IMG/VR virus record: IMGVR_UViG_2740892229_000013
Length of the DNA: 38,746 nt
From: a virus
Lineage: Duplodnaviria > Heunggongvirae > Uroviricota > Caudoviricetes
Strand: one strand, 5' to 3'
Of this stretch, positions 25,801-34,660 are shown one piece after another; position 1 is the first letter of the stretch; each line of letters opens with the position of its first letter. The position numbers and the translations under genes are program-made. Below the pieces are notes generated by a model that saw only the letters and a program-made list of their open reading frames with translations, had not been told where the DNA came from and did no database searches.

Positions 25801-27398
25801 AACAGAAACTGGCAGCCGGATACCAGAAGGCTCTGGACAAAGCCGATCAGCTTATGGGGCAAATGGGTGAAAGCTCTAAGGCTACGGTATCGTTTGATCA
25901 GTCTCTTCGCGATACAACGAAATCGCTGACAGATTTGGCTAATGCGGTTCCTAACGAGTTCATCACTCAAGAGATGATCGACAAGGCGAAAAAACGTCTT
26001 GAAGACCTCAAAAATGCGACACCTGAATATCGCGAGATGTTTAATCGCCGCAATGTTGAGCAGATGATCTCCACTTGGGCACCGGAGGCGGATTCCATTA
26101 TTAGTGCTGGCTATACGCCGTCTCGCGAAGATAAAGTTGCTGATTTCGAAGACACCTACAACCGCAATCTCAAAGCGTTGATAGAACTTCGTGATAAGGC
26201 GTCTGATCCTAAAGTTGTGGCGCTTTATACAAAGAAAATCAATCAACTGATTGCTGCTGGCAATACCGCGCTTATTAAAGAGACGGGGACTGCGACGCAG
26301 AAGTTGGCACTGGAATACGAAAACTTGGCAGAGCAGATCGAAAGCACCTGGACTGATTTGTTTAGTGGCTTAACTGATGTCCTGACTGATTTCGTTATTA
26401 ACGGGAAGATGAGCTTCTCCAGCCTATCTCAGTCCATTTTGAAAGATATCACCAATATGGTCGTGAAGTCGCAAATCACGCTGCCTCTAATGAACATGTT
26501 GGGGATGGGAACCACCGCAGCTGGTAGTTCACAGAGTGGCAATTTGCTCACTGGAGTTGCTTCTGCCGTTGCCAATCAAGGTGTACGAATGGGCAACACT
26601 GTTAATGGCGACAAGTCGGTAGGAGAAGCCACGAAGGAGACGTCCAGTTCGGTAACTGGATTGGGGCAAACAACACAGCAGACCACCAGCGCAATTGGCA
26701 CAGCAACAAATGCGATTGGTAGCTGGGTATCGGGGCTATTTGATAGCACCGAAGCCAAAGATGCCGAGACAAAAGCCGTGAAGGACTCCATCTTCTCGAT
26801 GCAGAACCTCAGCTCTGTTACCGGCGCGCTGTCTGCCGCGTTTGCAATGCTTGGAGCTAATGCTTCCGGCTCTGGTAATAAGTGGTTGAGTTTTGGAGCA
26901 ACGGTTGCATCTGGTCTTGTTTCAGCTTGGGCTGGCGGTGGTTTCGACAGCTTGACATCAAGCTCTGCTAAAACCGCAACCAGCAGTGTGGCTGACGGAA
27001 CTAAAGGCATTCCTGCAATCCCGAAGTTTGCAAATGGAGGAATATTCGGAAAAGACGGCGTGATCCCGCTCCGGGCATACCAGAAAGGCGGTATTGCTAA
27101 CTCGCCTCAATTAGCGTTGTTTGGGGAAGGTTCTATGAATGAGGCGTATGTTCCATTGCCTGATGGCCGAACAATCCCTGTAACGCTCAGTACCGATGGT
27201 ATGAGTGGAGGCGGAAATGTTCTTTCTCCTGTATCAATTGAGATCAACGTCCATAGTGACGGTAGCACAACTGAATCCGGCGATACAGAAAGCATATGGA
27301 ACAATGCCGCTCAACGGATGAAAGCAATCGCGCTTGAGACTATCGCTCAAGAGAAACGCCCTGGCGGATCACTCAACCCAAACACTCAACGTAACTAA
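22845..27398 (+). CDS. tape measure protein
   Basis: About 1517 aa, coiled-coil and Gly/Ala-rich hydrophobic segments; GAGGA RBS; ORF track start 22824 is TTG. Confidence 0.9.
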   Translation: MSQNVEFILSLEDKQFTASIDRAGKLLTRFGEQVTKPAQKIQTFERSLGSVARIIGVLESKLDSTADKLQDVAAGFELASDATRKMRGNITSLNSGLKALIERVDTTTSSVDKLTASLRKVQSELNDFSDWATYASKSASRFGTEVKEASVSVSGMNTRLNTTTKRLSNWGVTTSQAAEGLKKVREQMDEVIGRQQLISKPVRVRTSGSGDGGSGRRSGASGHSGKSNEGGMFSGLRGNIFLLGEIGDAARTVTDIMFGWQKPIVEAAAEMERMRVMLRGLNKEKSNPGQAAADDMKYIVDMAQNAPFAMQALTDSFVKFRSAGLDPTDGSLKALVDSVARFGGDSELLKRAAVAVQQMSGKGVVSMEELRQQLGEAVPNAMQAMADAAGITMGELTKAVASGTVEAKQALSLMFVGLRAENENAAKDMMQTYTGALAQLQTSFTLFADRVGQAGYLDSLSKGMKELASIMNSAEGISFANSLGSGLTTAIDGLRQLAQWLAKNQELVINLGKVVAAMVAFKLMRAGIMGVVGAGSQMVSTFATMATAIQTPFNLGATAVTRFNRAARMGLAPIPSLIFAIRGAITGLKGAFAGLTAFIAANPIGAAFTVATVAVAGLITYMTMLRSETSKVVDEIRKIPEAMTAAKRAQMADRAEKLEKQILADQRALKNGEGVNYVSNSAGVITHKESKADIEARLKKNQEEYQKITGTIALGDGAVAKRLAKEAAESQIEKIRAENQIFAATFVKARQEALDKIQKINDDGSLSDDEKNKLLAPLRETVNKSYLEPAQKLVDSLSSRKNATEKQIATLNDQLEKAKKDGNTEQIQKLQGSIRGYQEHLEAVAQELTQAEFERDNAAKTGKGVMSNQGTVLGLGTTDKAAQKALAQYMRNQMDSATYQRTLPDGTPMMDFEGKPIIGPKQLKTQLNLQKASSASSLEKMSDEERAAAIAALTKAREQDAAAAEKAAQRSANASQRAAKKEQAAQQKLAAGYQKALDKADQLMGQMGESSKATVSFDQSLRDTTKSLTDLANAVPNEFITQEMIDKAKKRLEDLKNATPEYREMFNRRNVEQMISTWAPEADSIISAGYTPSREDKVADFEDTYNRNLKALIELRDKASDPKVVALYTKKINQLIAAGNTALIKETGTATQKLALEYENLAEQIESTWTDLFSGLTDVLTDFVINGKMSFSSLSQSILKDITNMVVKSQITLPLMNMLGMGTTAAGSSQSGNLLTGVASAVANQGVRMGNTVNGDKSVGEATKETSSSVTGLGQTTQQTTSAIGTATNAIGSWVSGLFDSTEAKDAETKAVKDSIFSMQNLSSVTGALSAAFAMLGANASGSGNKWLSFGATVASGLVSAWAGGGFDSLTSSSAKTATSSVADGTKGIPAIPKFANGGIFGKDGVIPLRAYQKGGIANSPQLALFGEGSMNEAYVPLPDGRTIPVTLSTDGMSGGGNVLSPVSIEINVHSDGSTTESGDTESIWNNAAQRMKAIALETIAQEKRPGGSLNPNTQRN

Positions 27399-27403
27399 CT
27401 ATC

Positions 27404-27440
27404 GACTGCCCCGACCGGGGCAGTCTCACAAGGATGTGAG
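27404..27440 (+). promoter_or_regulatory. stem-loop plus RBS-sequestering inverted repeat upstream of gpM-like gene
   Basis: GACTGCCCC/GGGGCAGTC (27404-27425) and CTCACA-AGGA-TGTGAG (27425-27440) enclosing the Shine-Dalgarno. Confidence 0.4.
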
Positions 27441-27776
27441 ATGGAAAGACAAACGTTTAATTGGTATCCAGATTACGAATCTGAAAAAAGCGTAAAACCG
27501 AATGTAACTGTACTTAATTTTGGTGATGACTACGAGCAGCGACAGGCTCAAGGTCTTAATCGTATTAAAGAAGAATGGTCGTTAACCTTTACCAGATCAT
27601 ACAACGAAATTAATGCAATCGATGACTTCCTGACTGAGCGATCAGGCGTTGAATCGTTCTATTGGGTTAATCCAAGAGGCAAGCAGATTGTAGTTGTATG
27701 TGACAGTCATACGGTCAAGCGATATCAGGGGTACTGTGTCTTAACTGCTACATTCAGACAAGTATTTGAGGCTTAA
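27441..27776 (+). CDS. minor tail protein M-like
   Basis: 111 aa; FGDDYEQR..GLN pattern resembles lambda gpM (from memory); synteny before L-K-I-J. Confidence 0.8.
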   Translation: MERQTFNWYPDYESEKSVKPNVTVLNFGDDYEQRQAQGLNRIKEEWSLTFTRSYNEINAIDDFLTERSGVESFYWVNPRGKQIVVVCDSHTVKRYQGYCVLTATFRQVFEA

Positions 27777-27858
27777 GTATCTGGATAAGTAAGTACTAAT
27801 TTACTATCATTGTGGCGCTGACAGGATGTTAGCGCTTACTTATTTTAAGGATGAAACA

Positions 27859-28557
27859 ATGGGAATTAAAGCTGATATTCAGAGCTTATCTCCCTCTGCA
27901 CTCATTGAGTTGTTCGTATTGGATATGTCGAACACAACTTCAGGGGGGAAGCTATTCTTCCACGCCGGAACAAACGAACTGATGCAACCGGTCGTCTGGC
28001 AAGGAGTGACATACGAGCCGTGGCCAATCAAAGCATCAGGCTTTGACAAAACTGGCCAGGGAACGTTGCCACGTCCAAAAATTCAGGTATCGAACTTTGC
28101 CGGAACCGTCTCTGCGGAAGTTCAGGCGAACGACGATCTTGTTGGCTGCCGCATTATTCGCAAGATGACGCTGGCTCGCTTCCTCGATGCCGTTAATTTT
28201 AAAGACGGCAACCCAACAGCAGATCCAAACCAACATTTCCCGGATGAAATGTGGTTTATCGAACAGAAAACTCTCGAAACTCATCAGGTTGTCGAGTTTG
28301 AATTGTCCAGTGTGTTCGATTTGATGGGGGTGCAACTGCCGTATCGTCAGATCATTAAAAACACCTGCCCGTGGAAATACCGAGGGCCAGAATGCGGCTA
28401 TACCGGTCCATATTTCGACAAAAATAACCAGCAGACGTCTATGTCTGGTGCTGATTACTGCACAAAACGTTATGACGCCTGTAATGCGCGTCGGAATTAT
28501 TTTGCCGACGGTGTGATCCATTTTGGCGGATTTATTGGAGCTACGCGGTATGGGTAA
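27859..28557 (+). CDS. minor tail protein L-like
   Basis: Motifs VWQGVTYEPWPI, RFLDAVNFKDGNPTADP, CPWKYRGPECGYTGP match lambda gpL pattern (from memory); ORF track start 27826 rejected for RBS. Confidence 0.9.
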   Translation: MGIKADIQSLSPSALIELFVLDMSNTTSGGKLFFHAGTNELMQPVVWQGVTYEPWPIKASGFDKTGQGTLPRPKIQVSNFAGTVSAEVQANDDLVGCRIIRKMTLARFLDAVNFKDGNPTADPNQHFPDEMWFIEQKTLETHQVVEFELSSVFDLMGVQLPYRQIIKNTCPWKYRGPECGYTGPYFDKNNQQTSMSGADYCTKRYDACNARRNYFADGVIHFGGFIGATRYG

Positions 28558-29347
28558 TAAAGCAATCCCTGAGCTTGGCTCTGACGTTATGCAGCAAATC
28601 TATCTCTGCGCCATAAATCGCTACCCTAATGAAGCGTGTGGCTTTCTGGTTAGAACTAATGGCGACAAATATCGCTTTATGGAAGCGCGGAATGTTTCGG
28701 AGAACCCGCAGAACACTTTTGTAATGCACGTTGACGACATTATGGCGGCAGAGGATGCGGGTGATGTTATCGCAATCTGGCATTCACATACTGATGAATC
28801 AGCAGAAGCATCTGATGCCGATCGTGCAGGCTGCGAAGCGACGGAAGTTCCGTGGATGATTCTGGCTATTCGCAAGAATGTTGAGGGAGATGCCCCTTTC
28901 CATTTTAGCGAGATGAATGTGATCACTCCTGATGGTTTCGAAATGCCATACCTGGGCAGACCGTATGTATTTGGCGTATTTGATTGCTGGATGTTGTGTC
29001 GGGACTATTTGAAGCGTGAGTTTAACGTCGAACTAAACCCGAACGCACACCTGCATATTCCATCGTGGTACACCGGCGATAACGACATTCTCGATCAGAA
29101 CTACCGAAACGAAGGATTGGTACGGCTTGCGCCCGGAACAGAACCTCAACGTGGGGACGTCTTCTTTATCCAATACGGGAAAATGCCTGACCACTGCGCG
29201 GTTTATATCGGCGATGGAATGATTCTTCATCACCAGATCGACCGCCTAAGTTGTCGTGCTTATTACGGCGGAATGTATCAGAAACATACGACGCATCACT
29301 TGCGTCACAGAGACTTGCTCAAGGGAGATGAGACGTGTCTGAGTTAG
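28550..29347 (+). CDS. tail tip assembly protein K-like (JAMM/MPN + NlpC/P60)
   Basis: HSHTDESAEASDAD metal-binding-type motif; Cys in FDCWMLCRDY; GGAG RBS; overlaps L stop. Confidence 0.85.
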   Translation: MGNKAIPELGSDVMQQIYLCAINRYPNEACGFLVRTNGDKYRFMEARNVSENPQNTFVMHVDDIMAAEDAGDVIAIWHSHTDESAEASDADRAGCEATEVPWMILAIRKNVEGDAPFHFSEMNVITPDGFEMPYLGRPYVFGVFDCWMLCRDYLKREFNVELNPNAHLHIPSWYTGDNDILDQNYRNEGLVRLAPGTEPQRGDVFFIQYGKMPDHCAVYIGDGMILHHQIDRLSCRAYYGGMYQKHTTHHLRHRDLLKGDETCLS

Positions 29348-29925
29348 TTCATGTGCAGCTTGGCGGCCCTATGGCCAAACATTTTGGCCGCCACTGGCAT
29401 CTAAAGGTGCGTAATACAAAACAGGCTCTGGATTTAATTGAGGCCAACAAGCCTGGGTTTAAAGCATGGATGAAGCGCAATATCAAAACCTATGACAGAT
29501 ACCACATCCAGATCACCAATAAACAGGGCCACAAGTGGTCTGTGGACGAGAGTGAATATCAGATGATGGGGCAGTCTGACAATATTGCAAAAATCCGCAT
29601 TACCCCTGTTCCGCGAGGAAGTGGTGGATCTGCTTTTGGATGGTTTCAGACGGTTGTTGGAGCAGTATTAATGGTTGCCTCGATATGGGTGCCCGCTCTT
29701 GCGCCTCTCGGTTTGTCACTGATGATGGGCGGTATAGCGCAAATCATATCTCCGCAAGCCACTAACGAAAGTGTGAGGCAGGCGGATAACTCGAACTCTT
29801 ATTACTTTGATGGACCTCAAAACACAACAAACCAGGGGAACCCTGTACAGCTTATCTATGGCGAGGAAATTTTAGTTGGCTCACAGGTCGTGAGTTCTTC
29901 TATCACCATCGACCAGCTTATGTAA
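29335..29925 (+). CDS. tail tip assembly protein I-like
   Basis: Position between K-like and J-like; hydrophobic central segment; GTG start with AGGGAGA RBS. Confidence 0.75.
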   Translation: MSELVHVQLGGPMAKHFGRHWHLKVRNTKQALDLIEANKPGFKAWMKRNIKTYDRYHIQITNKQGHKWSVDESEYQMMGQSDNIAKIRITPVPRGSGGSAFGWFQTVVGAVLMVASIWVPALAPLGLSLMMGGIAQIISPQATNESVRQADNSNSYYFDGPQNTTNQGNPVQLIYGEEILVGSQVVSSSITIDQLM

Positions 29926-29942
29926 TCAAGGATTTTTTGGAC

Positions 29943-32900
29943 ATGGAACAGTTCAAGAAGAAAAAATTACCGCTTCTTATTGCCGGTGCTGGTGGCAAGA
30001 AAAGTAAAAGCTCCAGCCGTACCCCGGTTGAAGCTGATGATACTGTCAATTCTCGTGCTATGGCAGCCATCCTCGACCTTCTTGGCGAGGGGGTTATCGG
30101 TGGCCTGGTAAATGGCGCAAAGTCGATCTTCATCGACGATTTACCGATCTTGAATGAAGATGGCTCTTCCAACTTCAGCGGTATTACATGGGATTTTCGT
30201 GACGGCTCACAAGATCAGACGCCAATGGCTGGTTTTGATTTTGTCGAAACGCCTAAGTCCGTAAATATTCAGCTTAAAAAAACACACGACGTTACGGTTT
30301 CAATCGATAACGATGAAGCTGATCGCGTTCGTGTCATCATGAAATTCCCCTCTTTACGTAGCGTTGATAAAAGCTCTGGCGATACAAATGGCACTACGGT
30401 GAAGTACAAATTCCAGATCGCCAACGCAGACGCAACATTTTCTGATGTAGTGGCAGAAGGTGAGAAAAGCGTTGATATCACGCTAACGGCAAAGAAAACC
30501 GGCGTGTATTACCGTAGCTATGAGCTGAAACTGCCTAAGCCTGGTCGTGCATACAAGGTTAGGGTGATTCGTCTTACAGATGATAATAGTAGCCAGTACC
30601 TCTACAACGACACATGGGTTGATTCCATCGGTGAGATTGTCGACACGCCAATGAACTACCCTAACTCTGCTCTTGTTGGCTTGAAGGTCAATTCAGAGCA
30701 GTTTGGTAGCACAATGCCTTCCCGTTCGTATTTGGTGCGCGGTATCAAAATCCGAGTACCGTCAAACTACAACGAATACACCAATACTTATGTCGGCGTA
30801 TGGGACGGTACTTTTAAGCTGTTGTCTTCTTCAAACCCTGCGTGGATTCTCTACGATTTGCTTACCAATACTCGGTATGGTCTTGGGCAATTTGTGTCGG
30901 AATCCATGATTGACCTCGGCCAGCTCTACCAGATTGGTCGATATTGTGACGAAGAGGTCGATGATGGCTTTGGGGGTAAAGAGAAACGCTTTGCAATCAA
31001 TACGCAGATCACCAGTCGACAAGACGCATACCGATTAATTCAGGATATTGCCGGTGCATTCCGCGGCATGGTGTTTTGGGCTGGTGGCATGGTTAACATC
31101 ATGCAGGATAGCCCATCAGATCCGGTAATGATGTTTACCAACTCCAACGTCAAAGATGGACTGTTTACCTATAAAGGTTCTGCGCGTAAAGATCGCCCAT
31201 CCGTTGCGCTCGTAACCTACAACAACAAGGAGGACGGTTATAAGCAAAACATCGAGTACGTTGAAGATCAGGACGCAATGCGCCGTTATGGTGAGCTTAA
31301 AACAGAAGTCGTAGCATTTGGGTGTACAAGCCGAGGCCAGGCTCACCGAGTAGGTTTGTGGCTTTTGTATACCGCCAGAATGGAGTCGGATGTAATTACA
31401 TTTACTGCCGGCTTAGACGCCTCATTTCTGATGCCTGGTGAAACCGTTCTGATTCAGAACAAATATCGTGCAGGTAAACGTAACTCCGGTCGAATTGTGG
31501 AGTTTGCCAAAAACAGCATCACTCTCGATGCGCCTGTGTCGTTAGCTAAAAGCGGCAGCTTTATTCGGATATTGAATCAGGAAGGCAAAATCGTTGAACG
31601 CGATGTTCTTGAAACTGGCGAAAACATAACAAAGGTTACGTTTTCAAAAGCCCTGTCGTCAGCGGAAACGCCTGTTTTGAACGGTGTCTGGACAATTACA
31701 GAACCAGATCTCGAACCTATGCGCGTTCGCATCGTTAACATCGCGCAGGGGGAAACGCCGGGTAGCTTTGACATCACCGCTGTTGAGAACAATCCGTCTA
31801 AATATGAGGCAATCGACAATGGTGCAACGCTGATCCCGCAGAATACGACGGTATTGGACCCGACTTACTCCAAGCCATCTAATTTGCAAATCACTGAAGG
31901 GACTTATCTCTCAAGCCCGGGCAACCTGTCAGTAAAACTGACTGCAACATGGGAAGGGAAATCTCCAGAGTATTGGATCAGTTGGCGACGTTCTGATGAA
32001 AACAATGTATCGAACTGGCAATCGGCGCGTGTAACCGAAGAGCAATACGAAATCGTTAATGTCGCGGAGAATGGACGCTACGACTTCCAACTGTATGCGG
32101 TTTCATTCAACGGTAAAAAAACAGAGATTATCAGTACCGTTTATCAGGTGTTGGGCACAATGACACCGCCGGATGCCCCAACGTCATTAACGGCCGTTGG
32201 AGACTATCGTAATGTGATACTGAATTGGGTTAATCCAGATTCGGTAGACCTTGATCACATTAATGTTTACGCATCCCAGACCAACAATCTGGATACGGCG
32301 AAACTGATCGCAGAGTCTGCAAGCACCACCTTTACACATGCTGGTCTTGGGGATAGCGAAACGTGGTATTACTGGGTTCGAGCATCGAACAAGCGAGGTA
32401 TGTTAAGCCCTCCGAACTCAAACTTGGGTACAGAGGCGACAACTCGCGATGTACTGTCGTTCCTGGCTGGCAAAATTACATCTTCCGAGCTTGGTCAGGC
32501 TCTGCTTGAGGACATCAACAGCAAAGCCTCTCAAGAAGCAGTTGACGAGTTAAATGAGCATATCAACCAGAGCGTCGAATCTTTGGAGGGGGCGGTAAAC
32601 GACGTTAAGGAAGATATAGCTGAATTAGATAAGCAGTTCAGCGATAACCTCGCGGATTTTGAAATAAAATTCAACGAGCGTAGCGATGCTTTGGAGAACG
32701 CACAAACCGAGCTTAAAGGTGAGGTTTCGGCAACGATCGACAAGGTCAATGAAGCGTTTGAAAAAATTGATGCTACTGATGCTGCAATTGTTGAAATCGA
32801 AAACACCGTATCTGAACACGATAAAGCTCTCGCTAATACAGTCGAGGCAATAAAGGCTGCAAGAGATGAAGCGGCGGCTCTTATTGCTAAGGAAAGCGAG

Positions 32901-34568
32901 GCTCGTGTTGAAGGCGATGCTGCAAACGCTAAACAACTGGAAGTGTTGCAGTCAACGGTAGAGGAAAGCTCCGCTGCCGTTGAAGAAATGAAAAAGACGG
33001 TTGCAGAGGTCGATCGTGCCAGTGCAGAACTGACTACGAACATTGAGGCGTTAGCCAAAACAAATATTGACCTGGCTCTTCGTCAAGATGAAGACCAGCA
33101 CAAGCAGATGGTCAATAACGCGAAGATCGCAACAACACAGAAAACCTTTGCTGATGATATGTCTGCAATGGCCACGAAGGTTGAGGAAATTCGCGTAGAA
33201 ATTGGCGAAGACATTAAGGCCAGTATTCTGGAAGAGTCCACCGCTCGTGCCGATGGCGATGAAGCGTTGGCAAAGCGTGTCACTCAGCTGCAATCTAAGT
33301 TTGAAGGAGATATCAGCTCGGCGATTAGTACAGAGCAGGAGGCTCGTACATCTGCCGATGAAGCTCTGACGACACAGATCACTCAGCTTGAGTCGAAAGT
33401 AAGCAACGATATCGTCGCAGCTATTAAGGAAGAGCAAGAAGCCCGAGCAACGGAAGATTCGGCTCTGGCAAGCCAGATCACCCAACTTCAGGCAAAGGTT
33501 GACGGTGATATATCCGCTGCCATCACTCAGGAGCAGGAGGCCAGAGCAAGTGCTGACCAGGCGCTCTCACGAGAAATTAACAGCCTGCGAGCACAAACCG
33601 GAACTGATATTGCCGCAGCGGTTGCTGTAGAGACAAAGGCAAGGACTGATGCCGATAGTGCATTGTCCACTCAGATTACGTCTCTTACAGCAAAAGCTAA
33701 TGATCTCGAGGCATCTCTTGCCAGAGAAACAACGGCTCGTGCTGATGGTGATACCGCTTTAACAAAAGAGGTTTCAAGTTTAAAAGCACAGACAGCGAAA
33801 GATATTAGTGCGGCCGTTGCAGTTGAAACGCAGGCTCGAACTGATGCTGACTCGGCGTTGTCGTCTCAGATCACCAAGCTGACCTCTCAATACAAAGAGG
33901 ATATTAAAGCGGCTGTAGCAACCGAAACGAAAACGCGTACAGAGCAAGATGCTGCATTGGCGACTCAAATCACAAACTTAGAGTCTCAAACGGCAGCCAA
34001 CATTTCCGCGGCGGTAACAACTGAAACGACAGCGAGAACGCAGGCAGATAATGCTCTGAGTGGGCGAATCGATACTCTGAAAGCAGAGGTGGATGGAAAT
34101 ACCGCGACAATTCAACAGCAGGCAACAGCTATTGCTGATACCAACAAAAAAGTGTCAACCGCGTGGACGTTGAAAATGGAAACTTCAACGAGCGGAGGGC
34201 AGAAGTATGTTGCTGGTATTGCGCTTGGTATCGACACCACTGGCCTTTCTCAGTTTTTGGTGCAGGCTGACAGGTTTGGTTTGGTCAACTCTGTTAACGG
34301 GAAGATCACCACGCCATTTGTTATCGAAAACAGTATCGCCTATATGAATGGTGCGTATATCAAGGATGGCACAATCACCAATGCAAAAGTAGGCGATCTG
34401 CAATCTACCAATTTTGTTAGCGGTAGATCTGGATGGCGGTTCGGCAAAAATGGAACGCTTGAGATCAACGGTAATAGCGGGGGTAATGGGCGACTGGTCA
34501 TAAATGGTCAGCGGATTGACGTTTATGACGATAACAACGTCCTACGAGTAAGAATTGGCCTTCTGTAA
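29943..34568 (+). CDS. tail tip/host-specificity protein J-like with inserted coiled-coil repeat region
   Basis: Conserved J-like blocks PNSALVGLKVNSEQFGS, AFGCTSRGQAHRVGLWLL, KYVAGIALGIDTTGLSQFLVQADRFGLVN; AAGGA RBS; ORF track start 29937 is TTG. Confidence 0.9.
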   Translation: MEQFKKKKLPLLIAGAGGKKSKSSSRTPVEADDTVNSRAMAAILDLLGEGVIGGLVNGAKSIFIDDLPILNEDGSSNFSGITWDFRDGSQDQTPMAGFDFVETPKSVNIQLKKTHDVTVSIDNDEADRVRVIMKFPSLRSVDKSSGDTNGTTVKYKFQIANADATFSDVVAEGEKSVDITLTAKKTGVYYRSYELKLPKPGRAYKVRVIRLTDDNSSQYLYNDTWVDSIGEIVDTPMNYPNSALVGLKVNSEQFGSTMPSRSYLVRGIKIRVPSNYNEYTNTYVGVWDGTFKLLSSSNPAWILYDLLTNTRYGLGQFVSESMIDLGQLYQIGRYCDEEVDDGFGGKEKRFAINTQITSRQDAYRLIQDIAGAFRGMVFWAGGMVNIMQDSPSDPVMMFTNSNVKDGLFTYKGSARKDRPSVALVTYNNKEDGYKQNIEYVEDQDAMRRYGELKTEVVAFGCTSRGQAHRVGLWLLYTARMESDVITFTAGLDASFLMPGETVLIQNKYRAGKRNSGRIVEFAKNSITLDAPVSLAKSGSFIRILNQEGKIVERDVLETGENITKVTFSKALSSAETPVLNGVWTITEPDLEPMRVRIVNIAQGETPGSFDITAVENNPSKYEAIDNGATLIPQNTTVLDPTYSKPSNLQITEGTYLSSPGNLSVKLTATWEGKSPEYWISWRRSDENNVSNWQSARVTEEQYEIVNVAENGRYDFQLYAVSFNGKKTEIISTVYQVLGTMTPPDAPTSLTAVGDYRNVILNWVNPDSVDLDHINVYASQTNNLDTAKLIAESASTTFTHAGLGDSETWYYWVRASNKRGMLSPPNSNLGTEATTRDVLSFLAGKITSSELGQALLEDINSKASQEAVDELNEHINQSVESLEGAVNDVKEDIAELDKQFSDNLADFEIKFNERSDALENAQTELKGEVSATIDKVNEAFEKIDATDAAIVEIENTVSEHDKALANTVEAIKAARDEAAALIAKESEARVEGDAANAKQLEVLQSTVEESSAAVEEMKKTVAEVDRASAELTTNIEALAKTNIDLALRQDEDQHKQMVNNAKIATTQKTFADDMSAMATKVEEIRVEIGEDIKASILEESTARADGDEALAKRVTQLQSKFEGDISSAISTEQEARTSADEALTTQITQLESKVSNDIVAAIKEEQEARATEDSALASQITQLQAKVDGDISAAITQEQEARASADQALSREINSLRAQTGTDIAAAVAVETKARTDADSALSTQITSLTAKANDLEASLARETTARADGDTALTKEVSSLKAQTAKDISAAVAVETQARTDADSALSSQITKLTSQYKEDIKAAVATETKTRTEQDAALATQITNLESQTAANISAAVTTETTARTQADNALSGRIDTLKAEVDGNTATIQQQATAIADTNKKVSTAWTLKMETSTSGGQKYVAGIALGIDTTGLSQFLVQADRFGLVNSVNGKITTPFVIENSIAYMNGAYIKDGTITNAKVGDLQSTNFVSGRSGWRFGKNGTLEINGNSGGNGRLVINGQRIDVYDDNNVLRVRIGLL
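33240..34100 (+). repeat. about 9 tandem 33-aa (99-bp) coiled-coil repeats within J-like gene
   Basis: Repeated pattern DISAA..EQEAR..AD.AL..QIT.L..K. Confidence 0.7.
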
Positions 34569-34598
34569 TGTAGAAAAAAATATTTATATCGGTAAAAA

Positions 34599-34616
34599 TA
34601 AGTAGGTACATACTTA
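34599..34616. promoter_or_regulatory. palindrome TAAGTAGGTACATACTTA
   Basis: TAAGTA/TACTTA inverted repeat upstream of fibre gene, followed by hairpin GGTGGGC/GCCCACC 34619-34639. Confidence 0.45.
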
Positions 34617-34660
34617 ATGGTGGGCAAGGATAGCCCACCAAATCAAGGAGCATATTCAAC

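Noticed and set aside
23217-26246. Multiple minus- and plus-strand ORFs embedded in the tape measure gene
   Set aside because: All lie within the continuous 1500-aa tape measure reading frame; typical antisense artefacts of a long GC-moderate gene.
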